In this document: positions 35,902 to 49,199 of the stretch, one piece after another
How positions within the stretch are numbered: the first letter of the stretch is position 1
Layout of the letters: every line of letters starts with the position of its first letter
Assembly: GCA_036172245.1 (NCBI GenBank)
Contig: JAYWIR010000023.1
Span: forward strand, 1,922,001-1,986,000
DNA length: 64,000 bases
Reading direction: 5' to 3'
DNA from: Raillietiella orientalis
Lineage: Eukaryota
Made by a program: the position numbers and the translations under genes
Notes under the pieces: model-generated
The model's database searches: none
What the model saw: the letters and a program-made list of their open reading frames with translations, nothing else
What the model was told of the DNA's origin: nothing

Positions 35902-36494
35902 GTTGAAAGCATGGAAAAGAAAGAAAGAAAGAAAGCCCGAGTAGCTACATTGATTTTTGTAGCAACTATAGCTTTGCGAAAATTTCAATAAAAAAGCCGC
36001 AACTTTATCTGTAGCATTTCCTTATTTGTTATTGGGACTTTTCCATCCTTTGTTTTCCATTTTGCCTTCCTCACGTCCCATACTTGATATTCTAAGATTT
36101 GGAGTTTTCCCATTCTCTGCTTGGATTCCGGGCATCTGCATGACTGGAGCAATCTTAATGCACCATCGCCATTTTTTCTTTTACTTAGCTGTTGAAGATG
36201 AATGGCTGATTATTTTTTTTTGAAGACACAAAAAATCGTGGAGTTTCTCTGCTATTGAAAACACCACATCTTCCCTGAGGATTCACAAAATCGTGCAGCT
36301 TTTTCAGCAATTTACCAGTTCTTCATTCCTTTCTCTTTTGTTTCTTTCGAAGGTGACACACAGCTGCACATGGGAAGCGGAAACTAAAACTGCCCCTATT
36401 CTCATGGTTCCCCCCAAGAGATCCCTGCACTGCGTTAACCGTGAGGTGCAGGCGGTCGTCCACTAAGGAGCAAAAGAAAAATAAGCAAAAGATA

Positions 36495-37000
36495 CATGCT
36501 GACAAATAAACCGCGATCGACTGATCCGCTGACCACGAATTCTGCCCTTGGCGAGAATGAACTTTTCAATCTGGCCCTCTCATGTGTCCGGCTTCCACCC
36601 GTTACCCAGCGGCAAAAGAAACCTCCACGACTGAGCTCATTAGTGTGAAACGCACACCGCACGATCCGCGGGCAGATCGAGTGATCCACTGGCGGAGGAG
36701 CAGTTTCGGTGGTTGTCAGATCACACCACAACGCCGGGAATTTCCACGGGTATTTGTGCCACTGATGGCCTGTCTTTTAATTGATCCATTGCATCCCATT
36801 CGGCCGTGTATCTTCCGTTACTGCGCCTGGCGAGCAGATGTGCAGAGCCAAATGCCTTGCAAGAGCTGACAAAGTGATCGGCAAAGGGCATCTGCAGCAT
36901 TTCCTAGATACCATCGTTTGTAATTCCTGAATGAGTGTAGCAAGTACGGGATGTGGCATGCATGTGATGAGAAGCAGACCGGTCTCCGGGATCTACCGAG
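36495..37000 (+). mobile_element. degenerate L1/Tx1-like RT fragment between the two paralogs
   Basis: NKPRSTDPLT/HEFC (nKspG.Dglt.EFy), TELISVKRTPHDPRADRVIHW (i.li.K...d...yRpIsl) and KGHLQHFLDTIV (KAFD.v). Confidence 0.45.
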
Positions 37001-38084
37001 AAGGGAAACACCCGTTGCATCTTACGAATTTGTCTCTTGCATCATGTTTAGTAGTTAGGTAACCTCTTGACCTTATGCAAGAACCAGCATCGAGCTGCTT
37101 CCTGCTAGGCATTTTGCAGAGTACAGGAAGATACGGAGAATTTGTTACACGTCTTGAAGAGTGAAATCTCCTGAACTGTGGCGCTAAACCAAGAGCTCGT
37201 CATTCCTGAGCAGCATGGGCACCGCTAGCAGTGCCAACTCTTCGTGGGTCACTGTTTCAGTTCTTACAGGCGCTTTCTGATTCACTTATATGAAACCAAT
37301 CTCGTTTTGTAGGGATCACATAGACTCTACGGTAGCATCATATCGGGTATAAAAGCAATTACAGATCTGCTCACTTCGTGACCTTTGACCATTCATGAGA
37401 AATCAAAGGCACCGTATGAGAGACCGCACCCACAAGAATCCCTATTTGAAGAAATGCTATCATAATATGAAAAAAAAAAACCATGTAAATACAAAAGGAC
37501 GGACCAACAGACGCTACTAGCAGGACAGCCGCATCACTGGTAGTCTATTTTACGGACGTCAGAGTAAAACTATAGATACACGACAAACGTCAGGATGGGA
37601 CGTGAGCGCCATCTTCCCAAAGGAAAATACAACACGTTCGGTACAGAGAGGATCCGCTTGCTCTGCCGTTGGATCACCGCTTTCGCTGTCCCGGCGAAGT
37701 CGGCTTTCCTAGGTCACAACCCTATTCGGAAACTCGCGTTTCCGGCGCGCACGAATCTGATTGGACGGCGCCCTAGCTGCCAAATCCGTTTCAGGGGTGG
37801 GACCCGGAAAGTTCTGGACCTTTCTATCATGATACATACAAAAAAACAAATCCGGGATTCGTGTTTTTTTTTTTTCCCAGAAAGTTGAACGACCTCTTGC
37901 ATCTCGTCTGGGGTTCATCGAACTTTCTCGCCAGCACGAGCGACACACGAAAGACCTTTTGTCCATAGGGGAATAGCGAAAGGAGGAGAAGGCGGATTGT
38001 CCTCCCCCAGCCCCCCGGAACCAAACCCCTTCCTCCTTAATGAAGAGTGCGGTTAAGGGTCAACGTTTCCTTTCTTCAGGATGG

Positions 38085-38117
38085 TATAAAGTGTGGAGGC
38101 TGTGGAAATGTTTCAGG
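38085..38117 (+). promoter_or_regulatory. TATA + Inr core promoter of cystatin-like gene 2
   Basis: TATAAAG at 38085, and TCAG with its A at 38115, exactly 30 nt downstream; ATG at 38147. Confidence 0.65.
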
Positions 38118-38146
38118 ATCCTCGTAGCTGAAGAAGGAGTTGCAAG

Positions 38147-38830
38147 ATGAACATGTTACTCGGCGTTTTCGTGTGTTTGCTCAGCCTGTCCCTGGCGGAC
38201 GAGGATGTGCCCAAGGTTCGTAGGGGGCGGGAGTGGAGCAGGGTCGTGCATGCTTGCGGGAGGGTAGTCGATGGTGTGACGAAGAAAGGAGTGAATGAGG
38301 GTGACAGCTGAAAGGCGTGTTTCCTCCTGTGCGGAGGCTGGGATCGGGAGCGACGGCGGACGAATGTGGTGATTGGAGGGTTTTAGGGATGTGGTGATGA
38401 TGGCGCCGTGAATGGGTTGCGTGAATGGGCCTCGAGTAGCGCGATTGAACTAATGAGACGTCCATTGCAGGAGACCGGACCTGTGCAGGATCCCCTGCCT
38501 AGCTTTCAGGTGAAGGATGAGAACAGCGAGAAGAGCGAAAGCAGCGAAAACAGTGAGCACAGCGAAGAGTACAGCTCGGCCCGGAAGGCGCTCCTGGCCG
38601 TGCAGACTTCCTTGCCCAGAGAAGTCCGCGAGTGTGAGCTGCAGAAGCTAGAGGAGATCACGAAAAACACCATCGTACCACAACTGACGGTTTACAATTT
38701 GAAGCCAACTTATTCCTGCGCCAATGACATTTCGACGAGATGCCACCTGAGAATTCAACAGGACAGCTCCAGCGAAGTTTCCGTGTTGGCGTACGCCCAG
38801 TGCGGAGAAAGTTCTGCTCCGATCTTATAA
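38147..38830 (+). CDS. secreted small protein, predicted non-canonical cystatin-like fold, paralog 2 (exons 38147-38215 and 38471-38830; 142 aa)
   Basis: Exon 1 MNMLLGVFVCLLSLSLADEDVPK ends AAG|GTTCGT. Acceptor TCCATTGCAG|, phase 0. Exon 2 has an acidic Ser/Glu linker, then SARKALLAVQTSLPREVREC...KPTYSC...RCHLRIQQDSSSEVSVLAYAQC...*. All four mature Cys align with paralog 1. Confidence 0.88.
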
Positions 38831-38999
38831 GCACGTCAAACTGATCCGAAAAACGTAATAGCCATGTAGTTATCTTCGAAATACAAACAGAATCGGTTTG
38901 GCTTGCTCTTGACGTGTGCTTAACGCTCTCAACGACAAGGCGCTGAGGGGAAGAAATAGGGGGGTTCGGCAAGGGCACTAGGCATGCGTTCGGATGCTC

Positions 39000-41300
39000 G
39001 AAAAGAGCAAACAAGAGTTGCCTCTCGACGTCTGCTGGGTGGTGCCATTCATATTCTCCGTTCAAGCTAAAAAGGGTGGAAGTAGACGAAGGGGAATCTG
39101 CAGCTTTGAAGGACTCATGAGAATCGAGACCACCTACCGATTGTCTACATCACCAGACCGAAGCACAGGGGTAAGGGACAGGGAATTAAGGCATGGAAGG
39201 GATAGGGGTCATTGGTGCAGGACGATACGTGTCTTCTGCATCCTCGAGACGTCTGAACTCGGTTGAGGCCATCTCGCTGTCTTCATCAAGAAAGCTGCAA
39301 TGAAAGTGGCTTCCCGTCGCTGCTGGCGGAGCTGAAGCTGGCAGCAGGTCTCGCGATCACATCTGCGGCCGAGAGTATCCTCCCCCGCGCGAAGGAACGA
39401 CGTAACGAGTCCCAAGGTGCGTGGACCGGATTCAGGAGCGCTGTGTGTGTGTGTGCTTTTTTCTCCTGTCCATTCGCGTGCGCATGCAGCCGAGAGCAGC
39501 TCCATCAGCAGATGTCTGAACGACTCGATCGCCTACGAGCTGCCTCCAGAGTACTTGCAGAACTCATGGAAACGTTTATCTGAGACTGGCTGCTTCTGTT
39601 TCTCGTCGCTTGGCACTTCGGTTCCTTGCATTGGGTGGATTCCATTGTATGCTTCTAGCATAAAAGGTATAAGCTTTGTAGAAAGAACGATGGCATGGAT
39701 GATAGTTTATCAACCTCCATCATCTCTCCATGAAGAGATCACAGAAGTTAGAGATTATTTTTAAGGAAACGGGACCTGACAATCGCTCGCTTCAGTGAGG
39801 GTATCATTCCTCGGCAAAGATTCCTCAGCATCCCTCTCTTCATGTGTAATAGAAGTGTTTGCAAAGAGTTATTTAGTCCCGACATTGAGCATATTCAATT
39901 TAGAACCTGCAAGGAGGAGAAAAGATGATTTGGGAGGGGGAGGGGAATCGTGAGAACATTTCAAGGGTAAGACCATTCCTGGTTCTTTGACAGCACTCGC
40001 CTATTACCGCATTCGCGAGTGAAGCCCAGTGGGTTCGCATCTTCACAAAGATGAAGCATGATCCGCAGACTGACTGACAGCAGCTGCAGCCACGGGCACA
40101 CTCGATGTTCCCTTGATCCAAAAGACAAACCTGCAGCAAAGTCCAAACCGGAATTCTCCTGCTGAGGTCGGAGACCATATTGGGCCACCTGATATCGAAC
40201 ACTGGCGTGCCACGTTTGGTACACCAAGTAGCCGGAAAACGAGAGTCAGAAGCAGCCCCTGAGATCAAGGAGGTGGATCTAGAAGCCATGTGGATCGAGC
40301 GAGTGTGAGCGGATATTGGATAAGGGAAGAGTTCTCGGCTCAGATTGTCAGAGACAGCGTCAGAAACTCTAACTTCATCGCTAAGGGAGATGACCGTTTG
40401 GTCACTCTCATCCAGGACGATAAGCCGGTCAATACTGGGGTTGCCTCAGGAAGTCGACAGCCAGATGTGGAGCCACGCAGCCAGAGTCGACTCTTCATAC
40501 TGTCTCAATCTGCTAACATGGAATCAGGCGGTCACGATTCTGTCAAGGGTTGACTCGGAACTTTGAAAGGAGGACTTAACACCCCAGAACCAAGGTCGAG
40601 ACACCTTTACTCGAGGTTTCTCGTCCATGGGAGCAGGCAGCGACAGTATTGGAAGGGACCGAACACAGGAATCTGTCTTTCCTATTTGTCGACACAAGGA
40701 TATTGCTTCCGGTGAGAGCACTGGCAGTGGGATCGAACCCTAGGAGTCTGGAATGTGAGGAACGATGGGGTGCTTGATCCCTGGCATGCAGGCAAACAAC
40801 GAAGAAGAGGGCAGTAGGTGCCGATATTCAGCATAGGTGGGACATTCCTGGAAATGGAGGAAGCTGCAGCGATTCCCGTGCCCCAACATTTACTGTGGGC
40901 ACCAAGAATGAACACGAAATCAGGCCACTGTCCACGAAGTCGATCCGTGAAGAGTGGACGTGGAAAAAGGACGCGGATAGATGAATGCTCATCTTCGTTT
41001 CGAGAAAGTTCGGAGTTACAGAGGTTCCACGGCGAGGCTGCCTCTGCTTTTACCTGGTGGTGTCCAGGCAAAACGGCGGATGTGGGTTGCGATGCTAGGG
41101 ATCTTCTAACATCTGGTGTTTTCCTCCTCCCTCTACATGACGGATGCACGTGGAGTAGTGATCTATCTGATCCTTTGCCTCACTATATCTTGGTCTTTAG
41201 GAGTAGCACTGCACGTGCTGCACGGCAACTAGAATGCATTCCTACCTGCTCACTAGAGGAAGCTGCTTCCTGCTGCCTACGAAGAATCTCCTATGCTCAG
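39000..41300 (+). mobile_element. degenerate L1/Tx1-like ORF2 (end of APE + RT)
   Basis: RDHLPIV...GIKAWKG*GSLVQD (SDH.pv...Wk.n.sll.d, from 39125), KETGPD (~39765-39780), SPITAF (RPIsll-like, ~39995), GVASGSRQPDVEPRSQSRLFIL (GvRQG.PlSp.LF, ~40437-40500) and HLLWAPR...SVKSGRG (F.W...GGlg). Confidence 0.7.
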
Positions 41301-41799
41301 CAGAGCAGCGAACAGATTAGCCTATGGTAGGCGCACCGACGGAACGCTCCCATTTCGGTTCTCGGAACGTGGGGAAATAGGGAGAGATGGAAAAATGGAC
41401 GGGAATGGGGCGCATCTAGATCCAGGGTTTTCTTCAGCTTCTCCTGGACACTCACTCGACTCCTTGATCCTTTTTTGGGGGACTCGAAAGGATCCTTCGG
41501 GATGATCCGAATGGAATTTCGCAGATCATTCGCTAGCTAGCAACGATGCCAGTCATCCAAAGACTGCTGTTGTCGACTGTCCACTACGCGTCTCACGTGG
41601 GACGCGTTCACGGAAGGAAAAAAAAATGGTTGGACAATCATCCAGGAAGGGTGCTCTCCCCTCTAAGCAATATTCCATCAGCGTCTCCATGAAAATTCTA
41701 AGAGTCGATCTGCGATTTTATCGATGGTAGATGGTCAAACGTTCCTGTGAGTCCCGTTAGAAGTCCGATGGAGACTCACAAAGAATCTTAGTGAGCAGC

Positions 41800-44700
41800 G
41801 TGAACCCTCCCTCTGGAGTGAGACTCACTTTTCAGGATGCAACTATGGGGACATCCTCCAGGTACTAGGGCGCTTTTTGCTCACAGGATACATGGTCGAG
41901 AGAGACCCGCTTTCACGACACACCCTTAGAATTTTTCCGCCTACCAAAGGTCACCTCTAGAATGGCCTTTTCCCGGCAAATCAGGAACCCGCCTGCACTC
42001 TGTGGATCCTATTCTGGAGATCTCTGTTGGATCACAATCAAGATGAGCCGCAGGCGGTTTACCTCTGCTTTCTACCTCGATTCTACAGAAGAACATCCTG
42101 GAAGTGGGAAGAGATCTTGTAGGAGAAGATGCAAAGAGCGGGGGGCGAGAGGCGCAGTCGCTTCGTCCCCGTCCCCCAAAGAGATCCTAGACCTCTCCCC
42201 GCATCGGAGGGAGGTCGGCCTCTCGCAAGATTGACGACAGAGCCGTCTTGTCAGGAAAGAGGTCCATCTTCCCTTCATGACTTCTGTGCTTTCCTGAGCT
42301 CTAAGTCCAGAAGAAGGGGGGGGGGGCGCAGCTATCTTCGAGATGCTCCCCCGGCTCCGCGTGACCAGGAAGAGCTTCCTAGCCACTTCTCCCTCGTTCC
42401 TGAGACCCCGATTGCCTTCTGGTTTTCTGTTCCTCGACATGCTTACTCTCTCTCCTCGTTTCAGAAGGAAAGACAGCAGTAGACCCAGGGATTCAATCCC
42501 TCCGCCCACTCTCGGAACACGTACGCCTCACTGTTGTGTATCCCTAGAATTGGTGCGCCATCGTAGCTGGGGACTGTTCCGCCGCGTGCTATTTGCTCGA
42601 GGACTGCTCCGCCGCGTGCTATTCGCTCGTGCGACCTTGAGTTCCCCGATGGCATTCGCTGGATTCTGCGTGCTGAACTCATAGTCCCCTTCGATTTTCG
42701 GAAGTCGAGCCCACTTCTCATCTGGGGGATCAGTCCAGCTCGTGGGTTCCGTGCTATCTTGTATTTGAGAATACCGCCAAGAATCCGATTTTGTAATCCA
42801 GGTGCAGCTGAGACACTCCTCCTTCTTAGTCCTCGAAGGACGTCCTCATTTTGAGGATCCCGGAAGTCGAATTGAGACGACCGCCAGGGCTCCGAGCGGG
42901 TCCGAGTCCTAGAAGAGACGATTCCCTCACAGCTCTTGGATGCGCTTGTTGCGTTTCCGTACAAACAGGGCAAGTCCTGGATGGTTATATCGAGCTCTGC
43001 TGGAGAAGGGCACGATCAGGCCAAAGGGGAGACCACCCTAGGGACAGGCCGACTGAAAGCAATCCGCTCCCACTGTTGTTTCTGCATCGCCCGCATAAAT
43101 TGAACTGAAGCTCTCCGTGCCTCTGGGTGTAGAGGCGAGAATGACGCATTAGACTCTGCTGCTGGATGTCACCTCACAACCCTGCAACACCTTGCGTGGG
43201 ATCTCTTCTCCGTTTCTTCTCGCGAGGACCCGTGGCGGGCGATAATCCCTGGAGACGAGGAAGTGGTCCGAGTACGGACGTGATCCAGTCCATGGAATGG
43301 CATTCCTCTGGTCCTCATGGTTCCATATCAGGTAGCGGCCGCCACGCTGTTGCTGAATCGTCCGAATTCCAGATGGTAATTCTTGGAGCACCGTCGCTTC
43401 CATCACCTTTGTGATTGTGGCTCTCATGTGGCTCGGACGTGCCAAGACGCATCACGACCCGACATCCAATACTTCGAACGTCGCCACCACCTTGCCCGAC
43501 TTTACGGCCTCTCTCCAGATAGAAAATCGTCTAGTCCAGCATCCGTAGGAGTTGAAATCCTCTTCCCAACTAGGGGATGTAAAGTTGCAAGGGAAGGTTC
43601 CAGCAGAACCACATCGAATGAAGTGGGAAGCTTAAAACGACTGCCAAACACAAGCCCAATGTCTGTCTTTTGGGGAAGGTACCCGAAGCATAGACGTCCT
43701 TTCGAATGTTCCTTAGAGAAACTCGTTGGTTGCAAGGTCAGGAAGGCGAAAAAATTCCTCTACAAGTCTCTCCACGTGGCTATCAACAAATGCACTATCG
43801 CTTTTAGAGAACATTCCAAGTTGTTTTTTTAAAATGAACAAGACTTCGGAAGAACACTTTCCAGGCGTCCATTTTTTGCCATGAAAGTAGTCCAGAATCG
43901 GCAATGGTTTCTGCCTGAACAACTTTTTGTTTTTTAGTGGGTGCGGACTGTAATACTTCCAGATCGATCTGCTCCTATGAATATTTGTAACCTTCACTAG
44001 TGTCCAAGTATGAGATGCCTCTTTTTTTGATGGTAAATACATATGGTCGTGCACCTCTTGGAACAGCAGCTGAAGAGCTCCTGTTCCAAAAGGTGTTGTG
44101 AGATGCTGCGTTTTGAGGGTTCTCAGAAGGACCGGAGCGACGACAGATACTTTCGAGGACCCGAGTCTAGTACAGTCTTCAGGCGAGTCATCATCAGCAT
44201 CAATTTGCCAGTATAACCAATTATGTATACGACAGCATGGGTCCCTTCCATTTGAGCATCACATCCTGAGAAATAGCAGAGTCAAGTGAACGTAAACTCA
44301 GAGGACATCCTTTCTTCACTTTCCTTGTTGTTACGAGATTCCTGGCTGCCTGTTCCTCGGAATGGGCGACTGGAGACTCATTTTCAGCAAGATGTCAACG
44401 CGTGTGCATTCATCTGTGCCGATGACGACGCGACTTTCATGATTTCAAGATAGGAGGCACCGAGAATGCTTGCAAGATCTATGGACAAAATATGGCCACA
44501 TAATGGTCCTTTGAACGACTCCACGAATCGTCCACCAGCGACTGAAGAGCGGAAGCTCATTTCAAGGAGAAAGCCTTCCTGTTGGGGAGCGTGGTTCCAC
44601 TTTCTGGTATGCATGCATGCAGTTGGCGACATGAGCACCTCGCATAAAGTCCATACGTGCTGTCACCAATGGATATTAGTCTCCAGCCGGTCTTTGAAAG

Positions 44701-45350
44701 ATGGAGCAGAACCTTGGAGCAAAATGCATGTGACCACTCTTTCATAGCGAAGCGATCCTCTCGTTCTTCACGCGAATGTTGCAAATATAGGTTGAGAAAC
44801 CTCCACCGGGGACCACGGATCTCCATCCAGGGCGAGTAATGCATCCAGTCTTGGAGCAGAGTTCGTCTCACCTCTTCGTATGGATCCCCCAGCCTCTGTT
44901 GCGAAGGGGCCAGATCTATTGGCGAGATGCTCATCTATTGGCAGATACATATGTGTGTCGGTAAGAAAACGTACGTCTCAGGCTGCTCCTCAAATACTCC
45001 GCCAATTTGTCATCCAGCATCTGAGATGCCAACCGTTTCATCGCTCTCTTTCTGTTCTGGACCTCAAGGTCATCACCGAAATCGCCCGAGACGTTGAAGC
45101 TTGCACTCTCGGAACGCTGAATTTCTGACACCCTCCAAAATTTTCCCAGAAGATCCAGAACCGTTTGATCAACTAATTTCGGTCGAGGTCTTCAGCTTCC
45201 AAGAACACGCTCGAGTGCTGCCAGTCATCCAAAAACTGCCCTCTACACTGTCTGGCTTTGTTTTCTTAGTCTTGTTTGTTTCATCGCCTCCTTCTCTTGA
45301 GGGACAAGTTCACCGTCAGGGGAAACCAGGACTGTCAACGGAACTCTCAA
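41800..45350 (-). mobile_element. degenerate L1/Tx1-like ORF2 (APE, RT, zf-RVT); GC-rich 45400-48200 may be its ORF1/5' region
   Basis: NVSGDFG (GDFN, ~45072-45095), RTFSY..SPIDL (fTy..sRID), GPRWRFLNLYL (g.Wk.N..lL), KPLPIL (RPI), SDSAFV (QsaFv), FGYL...FGSRF, IPQMRSGLDF (pk..GGLg) and GCPHSCILKSES (C..C...Et, ~41820-41860). All collinear. Confidence 0.72.
42571..42630. repeat. 30-bp tandem duplication inside a LINE fossil
   Basis: GGACTGTTCCGCCGCGTGCTATTTGCTCGA / GGACTGCTCCGCCGCGTGCTATTCGCTCGT. Confidence 0.9.
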
Positions 45351-48300
45351 GGGGCGAATCGGACTCCGGCGGCAGGGTCACGGTCATAAACGTGAGGCGT
45401 GTCTCGGCGCCGCACCCTACGATCGCTCCCTCGGGTTCAACACAGTGGCCTTCAGATAGGTGGTCCATCAGACGACAGCTGAGAAGAACCGTATTTGTCG
45501 AAAGTTTTCGGGGATAGCAATCACAGACGAAGGGGTGTATGGGATACGACCCAGCTCTCCGGCTCATTTCCGCGAAGTGCCTCATGGTGTAGCTAAGTGG
45601 CGAGGCAGAGACTCCGATGTTCCTCGCCTTCCGTTTGCGAAAGGTTCACTCCCATCATCTTGGCGGCTCTGCGCCGGTTGCTGCCATTCTGGAGTAGAGG
45701 GCCAGAGGAGTCTCCCGTGAAAACAGACTGCATCGAGCACGAAAGGGCGGTCACGGGTCTGCGACCTGGAGACCGCTCTTTCGTCAAGACCAGGCGCAAA
45801 TCCTCCTTCAGGGTACAGGTAATGGGCAGGTGATCCCGGAGATGCCTTGTCCATGAACGCGTAGGAACTCTCTGGAGGACGCACTGCATTCCTGAAGAGG
45901 GAAAGGAATAGTGGCAGGGGATGGCGAGACTTGGTTCTTGAAGTCTTGTCTTCTTTCATACTTCCGCCCTTCCGCCCGCAGAGATCTCTCATGTCGAACA
46001 AGTGCATCTTTCGTCAGAGAAGGGAAGAAGAGCGGAAGAGAGACAGTCGTCCCTCTCGCTCCTGCTCCTCTTCTTCTCCCAGGAAGTGTGACCCATGCAT
46101 CTCTTCCCACAGTCGGGAGAGGCCGTCAATCCCTAAGGAGTAAAGGCGGGAAGGAGGGGGAGCTTCCAGAACGAGCGGGAGTTTCCTCTCATGCCGTCTG
46201 AAACTTTCCTCCCGCCGAAAGCAGGAACCCTTGCTGACCTCCTTAGGCGGGCGACATAGCGGCGTCCTTCTGCCCGCGCCGCAGGGAAGGTCCGGTCTCC
46301 TGGTCGGAGAGTCTGGGTAACATGTGGAGCTCCCTCCTGCTGCGTAGGGTGGGGAAGGCCCAGGGAGTCTGACCTAGTGTGGAATCGAAAGGAGGACTCA
46401 CCGTTGCCTGGGAGGCTTCACCGGTTTGACCTGACCCGGATGCGAATGAACGGGTCTCATGCGCTTTCGTCTGAAGGGGATGGGAGGAGAAAGAAAGAAG
46501 GAGGAGGTTGCCCTGTGCTTCCGGCTCTCGGCAGTCTTCTGCCAAGGAGAGGAGAGGTCTCAGAGAGGGAGAAAATGAGCGAAGGTGCCCCTTCCCCCTT
46601 CCCTGTCCTTCGAACCGCCAACTAACCGCGCCACCTCGGAGGTCGATGCAACATAAGACCACTTGCCCTCTCTTTCGAGCGATTCGACTCGTCGGGAGTG
46701 CTTCCCTTGACTACCCTTCGGACTCTTTCCCTGTGTCCACGACGCTCCTTCCGTCTTCAGAATGATCGCCACACTTCGGCCCCCTCAGCGAGGCGGTGCC
46801 TGCGTGGGAATTCCTGCCAATCATCATCTTCCAGGTTCTTCCTCTCTGCTCCCGAGGACAGAACTCTTCTTCCTCTTCTAAGATCTTTGTACCTGCCCAG
46901 CACTCCTCTCCTCTCGTCCAGCATTAGCAACCCCACATCTTCCTCTTCGGAATCTCGGCGTGCCGATCGTTTCCTCCGCCCGCCATTCTACTAGTGGACA
47001 CATCGCTTCGGCCCCTCTGTGTCCTTCCACCCCCTGCTGGACAATCCATCCCTCGGGACACCCTCACGCCTCACCCTGTTCCTTCCGGCTCTGGCTTTTT
47101 GAGAGTGCGGCGGCGACGGAGGTGGTGAGGAGGAGGCGTGGTCATCTGAAGCGAAACCTCCTCGTACGCCCAAGGGTTCGGATTTCTCTCTCCTCCTCCT
47201 CTTCCGGGACGCTCCCGTTTCGCACAAGAGGCAGGGGGAATCGCCCCATGAACTGAGGGAAATAAAAGTCTCTTTTTGGCCTCTCTGTCTTGACTCTCCT
47301 GACTCCCTTTCTCCAGACGCTATTACTTCGTTCTCCAGGATGTGGCGTGAGATCTGAGTCTTCATGAGCTTCTTTTGCATCCCTCTCCCTTCGCGGCAGT
47401 ACAAGGATAGACGAAGAGAGGGAAGAGAGGAAAAGATGAGGAGAAAAAGGAAGGAAAGGGAGGAGGTTGGAGAGAAGAAAAGAGGAGAGGGAATGGGAGA
47501 GAGGAGGAAGGGAGGGAACTCCGAGTCGATGGAAACGCTCCACATTTCCTTCCTCATTTTTCTTTCTCACGCCGCTTGTCCGCTGGCCCACGAGCCCACC
47601 CCTGAGTATGTTAGTGAAGGACCCCTCTGTAGGCGGATGAGAGGGGAGGCAAGAGAATCACCCCCAAATATCTCTTCAGTGTCGCGACGATCCTGGGAAG
47701 TGGCGTTCCAGCCGCTGCCGGTCTTCTCCGCTGGCTTTCCTGAGTTTCGCCTTCGTGGTCAGGGAGAACCCAGGCGCGCTGTGCAGCAGAAGTGCTCCAG
47801 GACTGCACCAATTCCTCTAGGAGACCTCCTTGCATTACTGTCTCTCCTATTCCCGAAGCTCGGCAGGCTCTGAGTCGGCTGCTTGCCTCTGCAGACTCGC
47901 TATTCTCGCGGAGAGGGAGTCTCGGATCCCATCGTCCGACCGCTCCAGAAGCAGCCTGCGAGTTTCTGACTACTTGTAGGGAAAGAAAAGAAAAAAAAAG
48001 AAAAAAAATGGTAGGTCATCCTACCGTCAGGACGTCCGACTCCAGCCGCGGCACCTTGGCTTCCCACTGGCTGGTTACATCTGAGAGATCCTCCACGTTC
48101 TAAGGATCCATCTCCTCGGCTACCACTTCTCTCCGTCGGCGCCTTTCCGGATAATTTTCTCCCTACTCCCTTCTTGCTTGCTGCCATCACTGGTCGCTTG
48201 GTGGACGACTCCTCACTCCTCTCTGCTTTATTCGTTGTGTGTTGACCTCGGAATATGACCCAGCATGGCTCTGTGCCTACCGACCAACAGTACCATTTGT

Positions 48301-49199
48301 CGCTTAAAGAAACCCCCCTTTGTCAAGATCCTGGACCACTCGAGGCTGCCTCCCAGGTCTCATACCCACATCATTTCACTTCCCCTCCTACCTTAGTAGC
48401 AACAGATGAGTATCTTTCTGAGTGAGTGGGGGATAGCCTGCTGGAACGCTGGGTCACCGATTCCATCGCGACTGACGCACGAAGAGACGTCCAGGGACCT
48501 CTCTCAGGAATCCCAAGGAAGGATCACCTTTATCGGGATTCCTGATCGACGACTCCATCTTTTCCCTTCGTTACCAGATCGCCTTCATCTTTTCGGTGGT
48601 TGCTGAGGCCTCTTTCGGAACGAGGAGCGCCACCACACCTCAGAGAAGAGAATCCCCAAGCATCATCCGATGGTCCTCACGGAGAGGCTGAGAAATAGTA
48701 GAAATTCTTATCCTCACGTGCTGCTGGAATGCCCCAGATGCTGCAGCAGGAAAACTTTAGCTCTGCTACCATGCCCTTCCCCCAGGACCTTCTCTGAGTA
48801 GAGTTCACCCACTCGAGCTAACCGGTTGCCTCCTCGCTGGCGATCCTCTACCGCGTGCCAGCAACAGCGATCTCCACGATGGAAGAAGGATATGTCCGCC
48901 ATCCCAAGGATCTATCCTCAATCTCCCGATGACAGGTGCGGAGGAGTGGCTCGAATCGGGATGCAAAATGCAAGGGAATCTTAGGGCGATTGTTTTCAGA
49001 GCGGCTGCAACCCATCGCTCCTCTCTCGTCCCTGGCAACTCGAGTCCTCGGGGATAGTAGTACTCACTGTGAGACCGGTTGATCCTATTCTTCTTCCGCA
49101 ATTCATTCATGATCCTATCTCCCTAATTTTGTCTCCAATGAGGTTCGGCTCCTTTCGCTCCAGAGGGGCACATGCGTTGTCTTCTTGATAGTTCAAATT

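Noticed and set aside
30110..40630. (D/N)EKPR peptide in three short minus-strand ORFs (30016, 31911, 40524)
   Set aside because: The similarity does not extend beyond ~15 nt, and one instance is antisense to a LINE RT; likely chance.
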